Shown here: positions 18,155 through 27,905 of the stretch, piece after piece
Layout of the letters: every line of letters begins with the position of its first letter
Position numbering within the stretch: position 1 is the stretch's first letter
Virus record (IMG/VR): IMGVR_UViG_3300008120_005569
Coordinates: 1-59,542 of that record
Direction: 5' to 3' (one strand)
Length of the DNA: 59,542 nucleotides
Source of the DNA: a virus
Taxonomy: Duplodnaviria; Caudoviricetes
Notes under the pieces: generated by a model
The model's database searches: none
What the model was told of the DNA's origin: nothing
The model's input: the letters and a program-made list of their open reading frames with translations, nothing else
Position numbers and translations under genes: made by a program

Positions 18155-18754
18155 ATGATAGACAGTATTGATTATATGGACCTTATAAAATTGGGTGTGT
18201 CAAGCTTGGCAACACTCTTTGGTGTATTTTTATCATGGTATCTAAAATATAGATACGGGGAATACAAACAAAAGAAGTTGGACAGAGAAATTTCACATTC
18301 AAAACTAATACAAACTATATTAGATCAATTGTTAGAAGAATATGGTTGTCAACGTGCTTTCATTTTACAAAGGCATAATGGTGGCAAGTATAAGACAGGA
18401 AAATCAATGTCTAAACTATCAACATCATTTGAGTCTCTTGAAGATGGGGTTAGTTCAGAATTTAGAGCTTCACAAAACTTACCAATGACATTATATTCAA
18501 ATTTTGTCGATGATGTTTCAAAGTTGAAAGCAATATACGAATCAGTAGAACATATTGACGATTTAATAACAAAAGCTTTTTTTTCACAACGAGGAACCAA
18601 GTCCGCTGCGGTATATCCAATCAAAAAAGGATCGGAGTTGATAGCGTTAATAGGTTTTGAATGGACACATACTTCGGATGATTTTGCAAATATTCTTGGA
18701 AAAATGCAAGATGATGTAAAAACTATGGGCGAAACCCTTTCTAAATTATTATAG
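18155..18754 (+). CDS. N-terminal TM + GAF-like domain protein (possible T4 gpT-type holin)
   Basis: TM LGVSSLATLFGVFLSWYL, then RAFILQRHNGG...QNLP...SAAVYPI...LIALIGFEW. Start at 18155 or 18176. Confidence 0.5.
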   Translation: MIDSIDYMDLIKLGVSSLATLFGVFLSWYLKYRYGEYKQKKLDREISHSKLIQTILDQLLEEYGCQRAFILQRHNGGKYKTGKSMSKLSTSFESLEDGVSSEFRASQNLPMTLYSNFVDDVSKLKAIYESVEHIDDLITKAFFSQRGTKSAAVYPIKKGSELIALIGFEWTHTSDDFANILGKMQDDVKTMGETLSKLL

Positions 18755-18762
18755 GAGTAATT

Positions 18763-19512
18763 ATGGATTTTAACCATAACGAAAATGAGGACTCAGGAAT
18801 AATGAGTTCTGGTCATGAAGAAATCGGTGGAATTAATAATACAGGAATAAAAAAAGGAAGAAAAACCATAAAGAATAAAATTCAGTTTCAATTAACATTA
18901 AATGAAGAACAGAAGTTAATAAAATCAAAAGCTTTGTTGGATACAATATCTGTTTTTTTGGGAAAGGCTGGTTCAGGAAAAACATTGTTAGCAACTCAAA
19001 TAGCATTAGAATATCTTTTTTATAGAGAGGTGGATAGAATAATAATAACAAGACCAACGGTATCGAATGAAGATTTAGGATTCTTGCCAGGAAATATAAA
19101 AGAAAAAATGGATCCTTGGTTAGCACCAATTCATGCAAACATGTTTATGTTATCTAATAAAGAAAAAATTGAAAAATTAATTGCTGAAGATAAAATAGAA
19201 ATAGCACCCATTAGTTTCTTACGTGGTCGAACATTCGTAAATGCTTGTGTGATAGTGGATGAATCACAAAACGTGACTAAATCACAAATGGAAATGATAC
19301 TATCTCGTTTGGGAATAAACTCCAAAATGATGTTAACAGGTGATATATCACAAATAGATTTGAAAAATAAAAAGGATTCTGGTCTGCCACATCTTTATGA
19401 TATGCGTGATAAGATAAACGGTTTAGGCATATATGAATTAAAAACAAATCACCGTCATCCAATAGTTGATGATATATTAGAATATTTTGAAGAAAATAGA
19501 ACGGAGAAGTAA
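18763..19512 (+). CDS. phoH: PhoH-like ATPase
   Basis: GKAGSGKT, IIITRP, LGFLPG, FLRGRTF, IVDESQN, GDISQIDL, NHRHPIV. Confidence 0.95.
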   Translation: MDFNHNENEDSGIMSSGHEEIGGINNTGIKKGRKTIKNKIQFQLTLNEEQKLIKSKALLDTISVFLGKAGSGKTLLATQIALEYLFYREVDRIIITRPTVSNEDLGFLPGNIKEKMDPWLAPIHANMFMLSNKEKIEKLIAEDKIEIAPISFLRGRTFVNACVIVDESQNVTKSQMEMILSRLGINSKMMLTGDISQIDLKNKKDSGLPHLYDMRDKINGLGIYELKTNHRHPIVDDILEYFEENRTEK

Positions 19513-20640
19513 ATGGTAGATATACCAGTATGGCCAGGAAGTTCATCATTTAGTCCGGGAAGAACACCCTTTGGATTTTTTGATTTAGATCCTCAATTCC
19601 AAATAGATTCTGATAATGTAGCTGATTGGTGTGCTAAACGATTGGGTTATCCTTTGGTTGATATAGAACTACAAGCTGAAAACTTCTATGCTTGTTTTGA
19701 AGAAGCTACAGCTGAGTACTCAAACCAAGTCAATCAGTATAATATCCAACAGAATTTATTGAGCTTGATTGGAACACCAACCTCTAATAATTTAACACAC
19801 AGAGTTGTCTCTCCAACATTACAGCCAATGATTGATATAGCAATGGAATATGGGGTGGATTCATTTGTAAACGCAAATGTACCTTACTACACGGCTTCCA
19901 TTGATATTAGACCGGGACAACAAGTCTACAGCCTAAATAATCTAATCAGAGATGTTTTAGTACCTACGGGTTCAATAGAAATAAAAAGAGTACATCATTA
20001 CTCTCCACCGGCTGCTATGCGATTTTACGATCCATATTTGGGTAATCAAGCTATGTTGGACACATTCGGATTCGGTGCGTATTCCACGGGTGTCTCATTT
20101 ATGCTTATGCCAATGTATGCGGACTTACTAAGAGTACAGGCTATAGAATTTAATGATATGATGCGTAAATCAACTTTTTCATTTGAAATATTTAATAATG
20201 ATTTGCGTATATTCCCAAATCCAACGAGGGAGTTCAAGGTTTGGATTGATTATGTGGTTAAAGAAGAACGTAGTAATCCACTGAAAACACCCGGTACTGG
20301 CTCAGTATCCGATATGTCAAATGCACCATATCAATTAATGCCATATCGTGGCATAAATTCAGTAGGTAAACAATGGATATACAAATATGCACTTGCATTG
20401 GCAAAACAATCATTGGGGTATGTGAGAAATAAATACACAAGTATACCAATACCGAATGGTGAAACAACATTGGGTGATTTATTAGCGGGGGCTGCTGAAG
20501 ATAAAGCAGCACTTTTAGAAGAATTACGTGGTATGTTGGATTCAATGACTCGTACTAAACTTTTGGAAGCAAAAGCTTTGGAGGCGGAAAATTTGGAAAA
20601 AACGTTAAGCACTGTTCCGGCATTTATTTATATTGGATAA
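19513..20640 (+). CDS. Neck/head-completion protein (gp13-like)
   Basis: RLGYPLVDIEL, WIYKYALALAKQSLG..R.KY..IP.P, ends FIYIG; positioned after the head genes. Confidence 0.75.
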   Translation: MVDIPVWPGSSSFSPGRTPFGFFDLDPQFQIDSDNVADWCAKRLGYPLVDIELQAENFYACFEEATAEYSNQVNQYNIQQNLLSLIGTPTSNNLTHRVVSPTLQPMIDIAMEYGVDSFVNANVPYYTASIDIRPGQQVYSLNNLIRDVLVPTGSIEIKRVHHYSPPAAMRFYDPYLGNQAMLDTFGFGAYSTGVSFMLMPMYADLLRVQAIEFNDMMRKSTFSFEIFNNDLRIFPNPTREFKVWIDYVVKEERSNPLKTPGTGSVSDMSNAPYQLMPYRGINSVGKQWIYKYALALAKQSLGYVRNKYTSIPIPNGETTLGDLLAGAAEDKAALLEELRGMLDSMTRTKLLEAKALEAENLEKTLSTVPAFIYIG

Positions 20641-20653
20641 TTGAGGAATACTA

Positions 20654-21178
20654 ATGCCATTATTTCATGGACAAAGAGATGCTAATTTAGTTAATAAATT
20701 AAATTTGGAATTGGTTGTTGATATAATAGATACTGAAGTTGCGTTGTACAAACTTTCTTTGATAGATACAAAGACTAATATGTACAATGAATCGGATAAA
20801 AAGATATACCATAGTCCTATAAAGATAGCAGCTTTAATAGATAGACAAGTACAGACTTATGAAGGTACTGAGTTTGGCCAAGACTACACACAACAATGTA
20901 GTTTTGGATTTGTTCGTGAATATCTTAAAGGGTTTGATGTTTACGTTGAAGTTGGTGATGTAATAGAATTTAATGGTGAATGGTGGGAGATAGATGCGAT
21001 AGAGGAGACTCAATATTTTGGTGGTAAGAATCCAGACTATGCTTTCTCAGGTGATAGATGGGGTTTGAATGTTTCTATAATAGCTAATTCACACTTGACA
21101 AGACGTTCAAGAATTAATATTGAAGAATTCAGACCAGCAATAATAAATGATCACAATGATATACCGAGCAACATATAA
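20654..21178 (+). CDS. Neck/head-closure protein (gp14-like)
   Basis: Position, plus N.Y.E...K.Y and VGDVIEFNGEWWEI beta-rich pattern. Confidence 0.6.
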   Translation: MPLFHGQRDANLVNKLNLELVVDIIDTEVALYKLSLIDTKTNMYNESDKKIYHSPIKIAALIDRQVQTYEGTEFGQDYTQQCSFGFVREYLKGFDVYVEVGDVIEFNGEWWEIDAIEETQYFGGKNPDYAFSGDRWGLNVSIIANSHLTRRSRINIEEFRPAIINDHNDIPSNI

Positions 21179-22113
21179 TGAAAAATTCATCCAAATATAG
21201 ATTACCTCCAATAAAACGTACTCGTGACAGCTTTATAGATGATTTCAATTCACAACAAAATCCAAGAATTGATTTAGGTAAAGCAAGACACACCCAAACA
21301 CGCCGTGATAAAGACAAGGTACGTAGTTTAGGTATAACACTATATGATATTGATTTTGCTGTAAAGTCTTTTGTAGATCAACGCATGCAATTGCGTATAG
21401 AAGATAACGGCGAAATAATATCAGTTCCAATCATATATGCAAATTCCGAAAAATGGGCTTCCATACAAAAAGATGGTTTCCTAAAAGACAAGAAAGGTAA
21501 AACGATAGTGCCATTAATAACATTCAGAAAAGCGAGTGTTGTTATGGTGGATGAGATGCGTAGAAACAAAGTTGCAACGGTTGATCAAATACACTATGTA
21601 ATGAAACAAGCTTATAGTAAAAATTATAAGTATGATAAATTTAGTGTTTTGAATGAACCGAGACAAAAACCATATGAATATTACTTAACACCAGCACCAG
21701 ATTATGTTGATGTTACGTATGAGTTTATTTTATGGTGCGAATACCAAATGCAATTGAACTACATAATAGAACAATTTATCTACTATACAGGACAATCATT
21801 TGGTGATAGGAATTTCTTTAAGTTCCCAACACACTTGGAAAACATATCAGTTGAGGACAGTAACACTTCAGGACAAGACCGTTTAGTTAGGGCTTCATTT
21901 CAAATGAAGGTTCATGGGTATCTATTACCCAAAGATATTGGGGGAATGACAACAACTAAACGAGTTGTTACGCCAAATAAGCTTCAATTTGTTTCCGAAA
22001 CATTCACAGACATCAATACAATACTATTCCGTGAGAATCAAAACGATGGATTTAGGTCTTTAAATACTCCACTGGATAACGATTTAAGAGATTATGAGAC
22101 GAGATTAGACTAA
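21178..22113 (+). CDS. Tail terminator/sheath stabiliser (gp15-like)
   Basis: VPIIYANSEKW, PLITF, PDYVDVTYEFILW, F.MKVHGYLLP; upstream of the sheath. Confidence 0.6.
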   Translation: MKNSSKYRLPPIKRTRDSFIDDFNSQQNPRIDLGKARHTQTRRDKDKVRSLGITLYDIDFAVKSFVDQRMQLRIEDNGEIISVPIIYANSEKWASIQKDGFLKDKKGKTIVPLITFRKASVVMVDEMRRNKVATVDQIHYVMKQAYSKNYKYDKFSVLNEPRQKPYEYYLTPAPDYVDVTYEFILWCEYQMQLNYIIEQFIYYTGQSFGDRNFFKFPTHLENISVEDSNTSGQDRLVRASFQMKVHGYLLPKDIGGMTTTKRVVTPNKLQFVSETFTDINTILFRENQNDGFRSLNTPLDNDLRDYETRLD

Positions 22114-22207
22114 TTTTTTTTGAATAAATATTAAAAATATCATATTCTACGAAAAATAGTTTATATTTATATGTGTATTTATTTACTTATATTTAATGAG
22201 GTTTTCT

Positions 22208-22492
22208 ATGGCTGAGAATTTAGAGAAAGAAGTTTCACAAGAAGATATTGATAAAGTGAAACAGTTGCGTTCAAAGTATGCTCAAACAACTGCACAAATT
22301 GGTCAAGTTGAAATAGAGTTACATGTTATGAAGCGTCAAATTGAAGAATTGACACAAATCCGTGAGCAGTTATTTACTAACTACTCCACTTTACAAAATG
22401 AAGAACAAGATTTGGTTAAAAGTCTTAATGAAACATACGGTGACGGTGTATTAGATTTGGAAGCTAATAAATTCGTTGCATCGCAATCTTAA
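22208..22492 (+). CDS. Small coiled-coil hypothetical protein
   Basis: GAGG RBS before ATG 22208; ends YGDGVLDLE. Confidence 0.7.
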   Translation: MAENLEKEVSQEDIDKVKQLRSKYAQTTAQIGQVEIELHVMKRQIEELTQIREQLFTNYSTLQNEEQDLVKSLNETYGDGVLDLEANKFVASQS

Positions 22493-22541
22493 TGTGTTGC
22501 TGATAAATCTGACTTAATTACATAATTTTCTGGAGAAAATA

Positions 22542-24998
22542 GTGGCTACTGAAAGAATAGTAAGTCCTGGAGTGTTCACCAATGAACGAGATTTGTCCTT
22601 TTTACCGCAAGGTATTGGGGCTATTGGTGCAGCTCTTGTAGGACCAACTTTGTTGGGACCGGCATTTGTCCCAACATTGGTTAATGGATATGCCGAATTT
22701 GAAAAGATGTTTGGTGGAACATATGAGCAATCATATCTGCCTTACACTGCTAAGAGCTATTTAACAAATGCTGGTTCAGCAACTGTAGTTAGAGTTCTTG
22801 GATCTGGTGGGTATTCTTTGAAACACCCAATTGCTATTGTTGCAAAATATGCAGATCCTGAAACAGAAGCTACAAGTTCACGTTTGGTATCATTCCTTCA
22901 CCCAACATTTGTTGTAACTAGCAATGATGATGTTTCTTTATTTAATAAAACAGTATTGGTTAAAAACACAGACAGTTTTGTTTTAACTCTGTCTGGATCC
23001 TTTACAACAGATACATCTACATTTACAAATGCTCAGAATGAAAACGGTGTAGCTGTAAGTGCTTCTATCGATCCAGATAGCGATTCATTCATAGGTGATA
23101 TTTACGGATATAACCCGTATGGAACACGTGCTGTTTACAACTATGCTTGCTTTACCAATGATTTAAGAGCGTTGATCGATTCATTAGGTTATGTTCCAGA
23201 AATTGAAATACAAAGTGGAACATCAGCATCAGAATGGGATTTCACAAATGATTATTCTGAAGCTTCAACCCCTTGGATAACATCACAAAAATTAGGTGGT
23301 TCAGCAAATGACCTATTCAGATTCCACACATTGTCTCACGGTGTACATAGTAACTATCAAATTAAAGTTGGTATTGCTAATATACGTGCAGCGGGAACAA
23401 TTGCTGGTACAGAATACGGTGAATTCGATGTGATAATACGATATGTTGATCAGTCTAAATTACCACAAACACCGTTTACCTATCAGGATGAAGATATTCG
23501 TCCAAACATAGTAGAACAGTTTAGATGTAATTTGGATCCAAATTCTCCAAGATTCATTTCAAGAGTAATTGGTGACAGATTCGTTACAATCACAGGCGAA
23601 GGTAAAGTTGTTGTAAACGGTGATTATTCAAATAAATCAAGCTATGTTAGAGTTGAAGTAAGTGAAGCTGTTGCTAATGCAGCTGTACCTACATCATATA
23701 TTCCGTTTGGATTCCGTGCATTGATGTCACCGATACCTGAAGGATTTGCTCAACCAGCAGCTTCTACATATGTAACTCAACAAAGAATAAACAACATCTA
23801 TAATAGACGAGTTTATTTTGGATTTGACTATGATTTTGGTGAATCCGATAACTTCAACTATTTGCGTCCTTTGCCAGTTGCATCACGTCAAGTTGTTGCT
23901 AATAATGTAGATTTTTATTTGGGTGATCATAATCAAGATGCTGGTGCTAATTTCCCAACATCTGCAAACCCATATACAGGCAAAATTGATTTAACATCAA
24001 ATACATCACCCGATACACGTAAGTTTATGGTGCCTTTCCAAGGTGGATTCGATGGTCACAAACCGAATTTGCAAAAGAAAGTTGGAACTAATATAACAGC
24101 GGGTAACACACAAGGATTTGATATTTCATCAACAAGTGCTGATGGATATATTTCTTACAAGAAGGCATTGGATACTATTTCAAATGCTGACGAGTTTGAT
24201 ATTAATATGATGGTAACGCCAGGTGTTCTACATTCTTTACATTCTCCAATTACAAACTATGCTAAGGAAATATGCGAAGAACGTGGTGACGCTTTCTATG
24301 TAATGGATTCTGTTGCTATTGATGACAACATCGCTACAGCAGTTTCAGTAGTTGAACCATTAGACACAAATTATGCAGCTACATACTACCCTTGGGTTAA
24401 GATATTAGATGTTGATAGAAATAAACCTGTATGGGTTCCACCTTCAGTGGTTCTCCCTGGTGTTATTGCTTTCAATGATAGAGTTGCAGCTGAATGGTTT
24501 GCTCCTGCTGGTTTAAATAGAGGCGGTTTAACTGAGGTTATCGAAGTTAAATCACGTTTGACACAAGGTGAGCGTGACGTACTATATGAAGGTAGAATTA
24601 ATCCAATCGCAACATTCCCAGCAACGGGTGTTTGTGTTTGGGGACAAAAAACACTTCAAGGTCGTCCTTCTGCTCTTGACCGCATCAATGTTCGTAGACT
24701 CTTGATAGCCGCTAAGAAGTTTATTGCATCTTCTACAAGATACCTTGTATTTGAACAAAATACTTCTCAAACCCGTGCAAGATTCTTGAATATTGTAAAT
24801 CCATATCTCGAATCAATTCAACAACGTCAAGGTTTATTCTCATTCCGTGTTATCATGGATGAAAGTAATAACACACCTGACATAATTGACCGTAACATTC
24901 TTTATGGACAATTGTTCTTACAACCAACACGAACTGCTGAATTCATTATATTGGACTTTAATATTCAATCAACAGGTGCTGCTTTCCCAGGAGCTTAA
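22542..24998 (+). CDS. Tail sheath protein (gp18-like)
   Basis: GTG start with GGAG RBS; SPGVFTNERDLS, GPAFVPT, YYPWVK, WFAPAGLNRG, WGQKTLQ, RINVRRLL. Confidence 0.95.
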   Translation: MATERIVSPGVFTNERDLSFLPQGIGAIGAALVGPTLLGPAFVPTLVNGYAEFEKMFGGTYEQSYLPYTAKSYLTNAGSATVVRVLGSGGYSLKHPIAIVAKYADPETEATSSRLVSFLHPTFVVTSNDDVSLFNKTVLVKNTDSFVLTLSGSFTTDTSTFTNAQNENGVAVSASIDPDSDSFIGDIYGYNPYGTRAVYNYACFTNDLRALIDSLGYVPEIEIQSGTSASEWDFTNDYSEASTPWITSQKLGGSANDLFRFHTLSHGVHSNYQIKVGIANIRAAGTIAGTEYGEFDVIIRYVDQSKLPQTPFTYQDEDIRPNIVEQFRCNLDPNSPRFISRVIGDRFVTITGEGKVVVNGDYSNKSSYVRVEVSEAVANAAVPTSYIPFGFRALMSPIPEGFAQPAASTYVTQQRINNIYNRRVYFGFDYDFGESDNFNYLRPLPVASRQVVANNVDFYLGDHNQDAGANFPTSANPYTGKIDLTSNTSPDTRKFMVPFQGGFDGHKPNLQKKVGTNITAGNTQGFDISSTSADGYISYKKALDTISNADEFDINMMVTPGVLHSLHSPITNYAKEICEERGDAFYVMDSVAIDDNIATAVSVVEPLDTNYAATYYPWVKILDVDRNKPVWVPPSVVLPGVIAFNDRVAAEWFAPAGLNRGGLTEVIEVKSRLTQGERDVLYEGRINPIATFPATGVCVWGQKTLQGRPSALDRINVRRLLIAAKKFIASSTRYLVFEQNTSQTRARFLNIVNPYLESIQQRQGLFSFRVIMDESNNTPDIIDRNILYGQLFLQPTRTAEFIILDFNIQSTGAAFPGA

Positions 24999-25008
24999 TA
25001 CAAATAAC

Positions 25009-25039
25009 GGGGTGAGTTAATTCTCACCCCAATATTTTT
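25009..25039 (+). terminator. Stem-loop (probable terminator) after sheath
   Basis: GGGGTGAG-TTAATT-CTCACCCC followed by AATATTTTT. Confidence 0.65.
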
Positions 25040-25088
25040 AACATTTACTATATTTATGCTAAAGCATATTTTAATTTCGGAGACATAA

Positions 25089-25577
25089 ATGGCTGAATTA
25101 CTTAATTCTAATGAGATATTTTTTACCCCATTTGAGCCAAAACTCCAAAACCGATTTATTATGTACATTGAGGGCGTTCCTTCTTGGTTAGTTAAGGGTG
25201 CGGGAAGACCAAACATTAACTTTAATCCAATCAAGTTAGATCACATCAACGTATATCGTAAAGTTAAAGGTAAAGGGGAATGGCAGGATCTAACCATTAA
25301 ACTATACGATCCTGTAGTGCCTTCGGGTGCTCAAGCGGTAATGGAATGGGTACGTCTTTCACACGAATCTGTGACGGGACGTGATGGTTATTCCGATTTC
25401 TACAAAAAGGATATTACATTCTTTACACTTGGTCCTGTAGGTGATAAAGTTGAAGAATGGACATTGAAGGGTGCATTTATTATTGCAACCACTTTTGGTG
25501 AAATGGATTGGGCAAATGATGCTTTCGTTGAGATTTCTCTCACATTAGCATACGATTATGCGATACTCCAATACTAA
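25089..25577 (+). CDS. Tail tube protein (gp19-like)
   Basis: FEPKLQNRF, W..LTIKLYDP, VMEW, YKKDI, EEWTLKGAF, LTLAYD. Confidence 0.92.
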   Translation: MAELLNSNEIFFTPFEPKLQNRFIMYIEGVPSWLVKGAGRPNINFNPIKLDHINVYRKVKGKGEWQDLTIKLYDPVVPSGAQAVMEWVRLSHESVTGRDGYSDFYKKDITFFTLGPVGDKVEEWTLKGAFIIATTFGEMDWANDAFVEISLTLAYDYAILQY

Positions 25578-25629
25578 TTCTACAATTTATTTGTAAATTT
25601 TTATTGAAAAAAACTATTTTCGAGAAATT

Positions 25630-25674
25630 ACCCTATATTTATACATGAAAGTGTTTATGAATATAGGGTTTTTT
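25630..25674 (+). terminator. Terminator-like hairpin after tube gene, containing ATATTTAT
   Basis: ACCCTATATT...AATATAGGGT stem followed by a T-run. Confidence 0.6.
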
Positions 25675-25682
25675 ATTTTGTT

Positions 25683-26654
25683 ATGGAATCTACAATAAGA
25701 ACAATACTCGTTACCGGGGGTTGTGGTTTTATAGGAAGTAATTTTATACATAAATTGCTTAAAAGAGAAAACAACAATATCCAAATAATCAATTTAGACG
25801 CATTAACATACGCTGCAAAAGAAGAAAATCTACAAGAATTTATTGGTGATAAATTTTATAAATTTTATCACGGTAGAATTGAGGATGAAGAATTTGTGGA
25901 AAAGATATGTAAAGCACATGATGTCGAAGGAATAATCAACTTTGCAGCCGAATCACATGTAGACCGATCAATAGAAGATTTTAAACCGTTCTTGATAACA
26001 AACGTTACAGGAACACTATCCTTACTGAATGTTGCTAAAAAACTTAAACTAAAAAAGTTTGTTCAGGTGTCTACCGATGAAGTATATGGTTCATTAGAAC
26101 TAAACTCAAACGATAAGTTTACAGAAAATTCACAAATCTTACCAAATTCACCATACTCAGCTGCAAAGGCAGCTGCCGATGGGTTTGTTAGGTCTTTTTA
26201 TCACACATACGGTGTACCAACAGTTATTACACGTTGTTCAAACAACTACGGTCCACGTCAATTTCCAGAGAAATTAATACCACTTATGATATTAAATGCA
26301 CTTGACGATGCAAAATTGCCAGTATATGGTGATGGTTTGAATGTTAGGGATTGGATTCATGTTGACGATCACTGTCATGCTGTTTGGTTAGCATACGAGC
26401 GTGGTGTAAATGGTGAAGTTTATAATATTGGATCAAATAATGAGATTGATAATATAACAATAGTTAAAAAATTACTAATGATATTGGACAAATCCGATAA
26501 CTTAATAGAATATGTCGATGATAGATTAGGGCATGACCGAAGATATGCGATAGATTCAAGTAAAGCTGAGAGTGAATTGGGTTGGAGACCGAAAATATCC
26601 TTTGAAAACGGTCTTAGATCAACAGTTGAATGGTATTTAGCGAACAAAAATTAG
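25683..26654 (+). CDS. rmlB: dTDP-glucose 4,6-dehydratase
   Basis: VTGGCGFIGSNF, DALTYA, NFAAESHVDRSI, VSTDEVYG, YSAAK, RCSNNYGP, RDWIHV, DRLGHDRRY. Confidence 0.95.
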   Translation: MESTIRTILVTGGCGFIGSNFIHKLLKRENNNIQIINLDALTYAAKEENLQEFIGDKFYKFYHGRIEDEEFVEKICKAHDVEGIINFAAESHVDRSIEDFKPFLITNVTGTLSLLNVAKKLKLKKFVQVSTDEVYGSLELNSNDKFTENSQILPNSPYSAAKAAADGFVRSFYHTYGVPTVITRCSNNYGPRQFPEKLIPLMILNALDDAKLPVYGDGLNVRDWIHVDDHCHAVWLAYERGVNGEVYNIGSNNEIDNITIVKKLLMILDKSDNLIEYVDDRLGHDRRYAIDSSKAESELGWRPKISFENGLRSTVEWYLANKN

Positions 26655-26721
26655 TAATTTTTTGCAAAATACATAATTATATTAGATAAATGTTTTAATT
26701 TTAACCCATAGGAATTAAGTT

Positions 26722-27594
26722 ATGTCAAAAGTACCAAATGCTTACAACATTCCCGAAACTTTGAATGCCGAAATGAGTGATGCCGAAATAAAAGAGCGAT
26801 TACTGTCGGAATTTAAACAAACGGAAGTAAAAAAGAGTAATTTCCCAACAGAAGTTGTGCCACTACCATCACGTGGACTATTATACCCCGAAGGACATCC
26901 TTTAGCAGATGGTTTCATTGAAATGAAATACATGACTGCTAAAGAAGAAGATATTTTAACATCCCAAAATCTAATCAAGCAGGGTGTTGTGTTAGATAAA
27001 TTGTTTGAGTCTTTGATTGTTACACCCGTTAATTACAATGATATTTATAGCGGTGATAAGAACGCTATAATGGTTGCAGCTCGTCTATTAGGATATGGTA
27101 ATGACTATACCGTTGAATTGGAAGATCCATTTTCTCCAGGAACTAAACAAAAAGTAACAATAGATTTATCTCAAATCGAGCACAAGGAGGTCGATTACAG
27201 CTTATTTGAGAACAGAAAGAACGAATTTGACTTTGAACTTCCAAATTCAAAACGAGTAGTAACATTTAGACTTATGACTCATGCTTTAGAAAAACAAATA
27301 GAAACTGAAATTAAAGCGAGTAATAAGACTATAATAAAAACAGGTATTGATAGGGAATTAACAACAAGACTCAAACATATTATTATTGGCATTGATGGTG
27401 AAACAGGTCGTGCTGTTGTAAATAATTTCGTTGATAATGAATTATTTGCTGTAGATTCAAGAGCACTCCGCACATACATCAAAACAATATCTCCAGACTT
27501 AGATATGACATTCACATTCATATCAGAAGCCACTGGTGACGTAAAGGAGTTGGACATCCCGATGGATGTCTCCTTTTTTTGGCCTAACTCCTGA
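26722..27594 (+). CDS. Tail/baseplate-hub assembly chaperone (gp26-like)
   Basis: LPSRGLLYP, MTAKEEDIL, GDKNAIMVAAR..GYG, LPNSK, ends SFFWP; lies upstream of the tape measure gene. Confidence 0.75.
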   Translation: MSKVPNAYNIPETLNAEMSDAEIKERLLSEFKQTEVKKSNFPTEVVPLPSRGLLYPEGHPLADGFIEMKYMTAKEEDILTSQNLIKQGVVLDKLFESLIVTPVNYNDIYSGDKNAIMVAARLLGYGNDYTVELEDPFSPGTKQKVTIDLSQIEHKEVDYSLFENRKNEFDFELPNSKRVVTFRLMTHALEKQIETEIKASNKTIIKTGIDRELTTRLKHIIIGIDGETGRAVVNNFVDNELFAVDSRALRTYIKTISPDLDMTFTFISEATGDVKELDIPMDVSFFWPNS

Positions 27595-27829
27595 GTATAA
27601 ATTAGGTCTTCATAGAGAATTATTCTCACTGTGTTATTATTCTGAAGGTGCTTTTACTTGGAGTGAAACATATTCAATGCCAATTCATCTACGTAGATTC
27701 TACATAAAAGAAACGAGTGAGGCAATTGAAAGACAGAATAAACAGTATGAAGACGCATCGAAAGGTAATTCATCATCAGCTGTACATCAACCAAATGTGC
27801 AAAATGTTGGATCATTATACTCAAAATAA
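27566..27829 (+). CDS. gp51-like chaperone extension, probably reached by frameshift from the upstream ORF
   Basis: Overlaps the previous ORF in the +1 frame across CC-T7-GG; LHRELFSLCYY...YSMPIHLRRFYI pattern. Confidence 0.6.
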   Translation: MSPFFGLTPEYKLGLHRELFSLCYYSEGAFTWSETYSMPIHLRRFYIKETSEAIERQNKQYEDASKGNSSSAVHQPNVQNVGSLYSK

Positions 27830-27844
27830 AGCGATAAATTTCAT

Positions 27845-27875
27845 GTCCACATATTTATTATATGTGGACTTTTTT
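27845..27875 (+). terminator. Terminator-like hairpin containing ATATTTAT
   Basis: Perfect 10-bp stem GTCCACATAT/ATATGTGGAC, loop TTATT, then T6. Confidence 0.75.
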
Positions 27876-27905
27876 ATTCTATTCTAACTTTTCGGTGTAA
27901 TTTTA

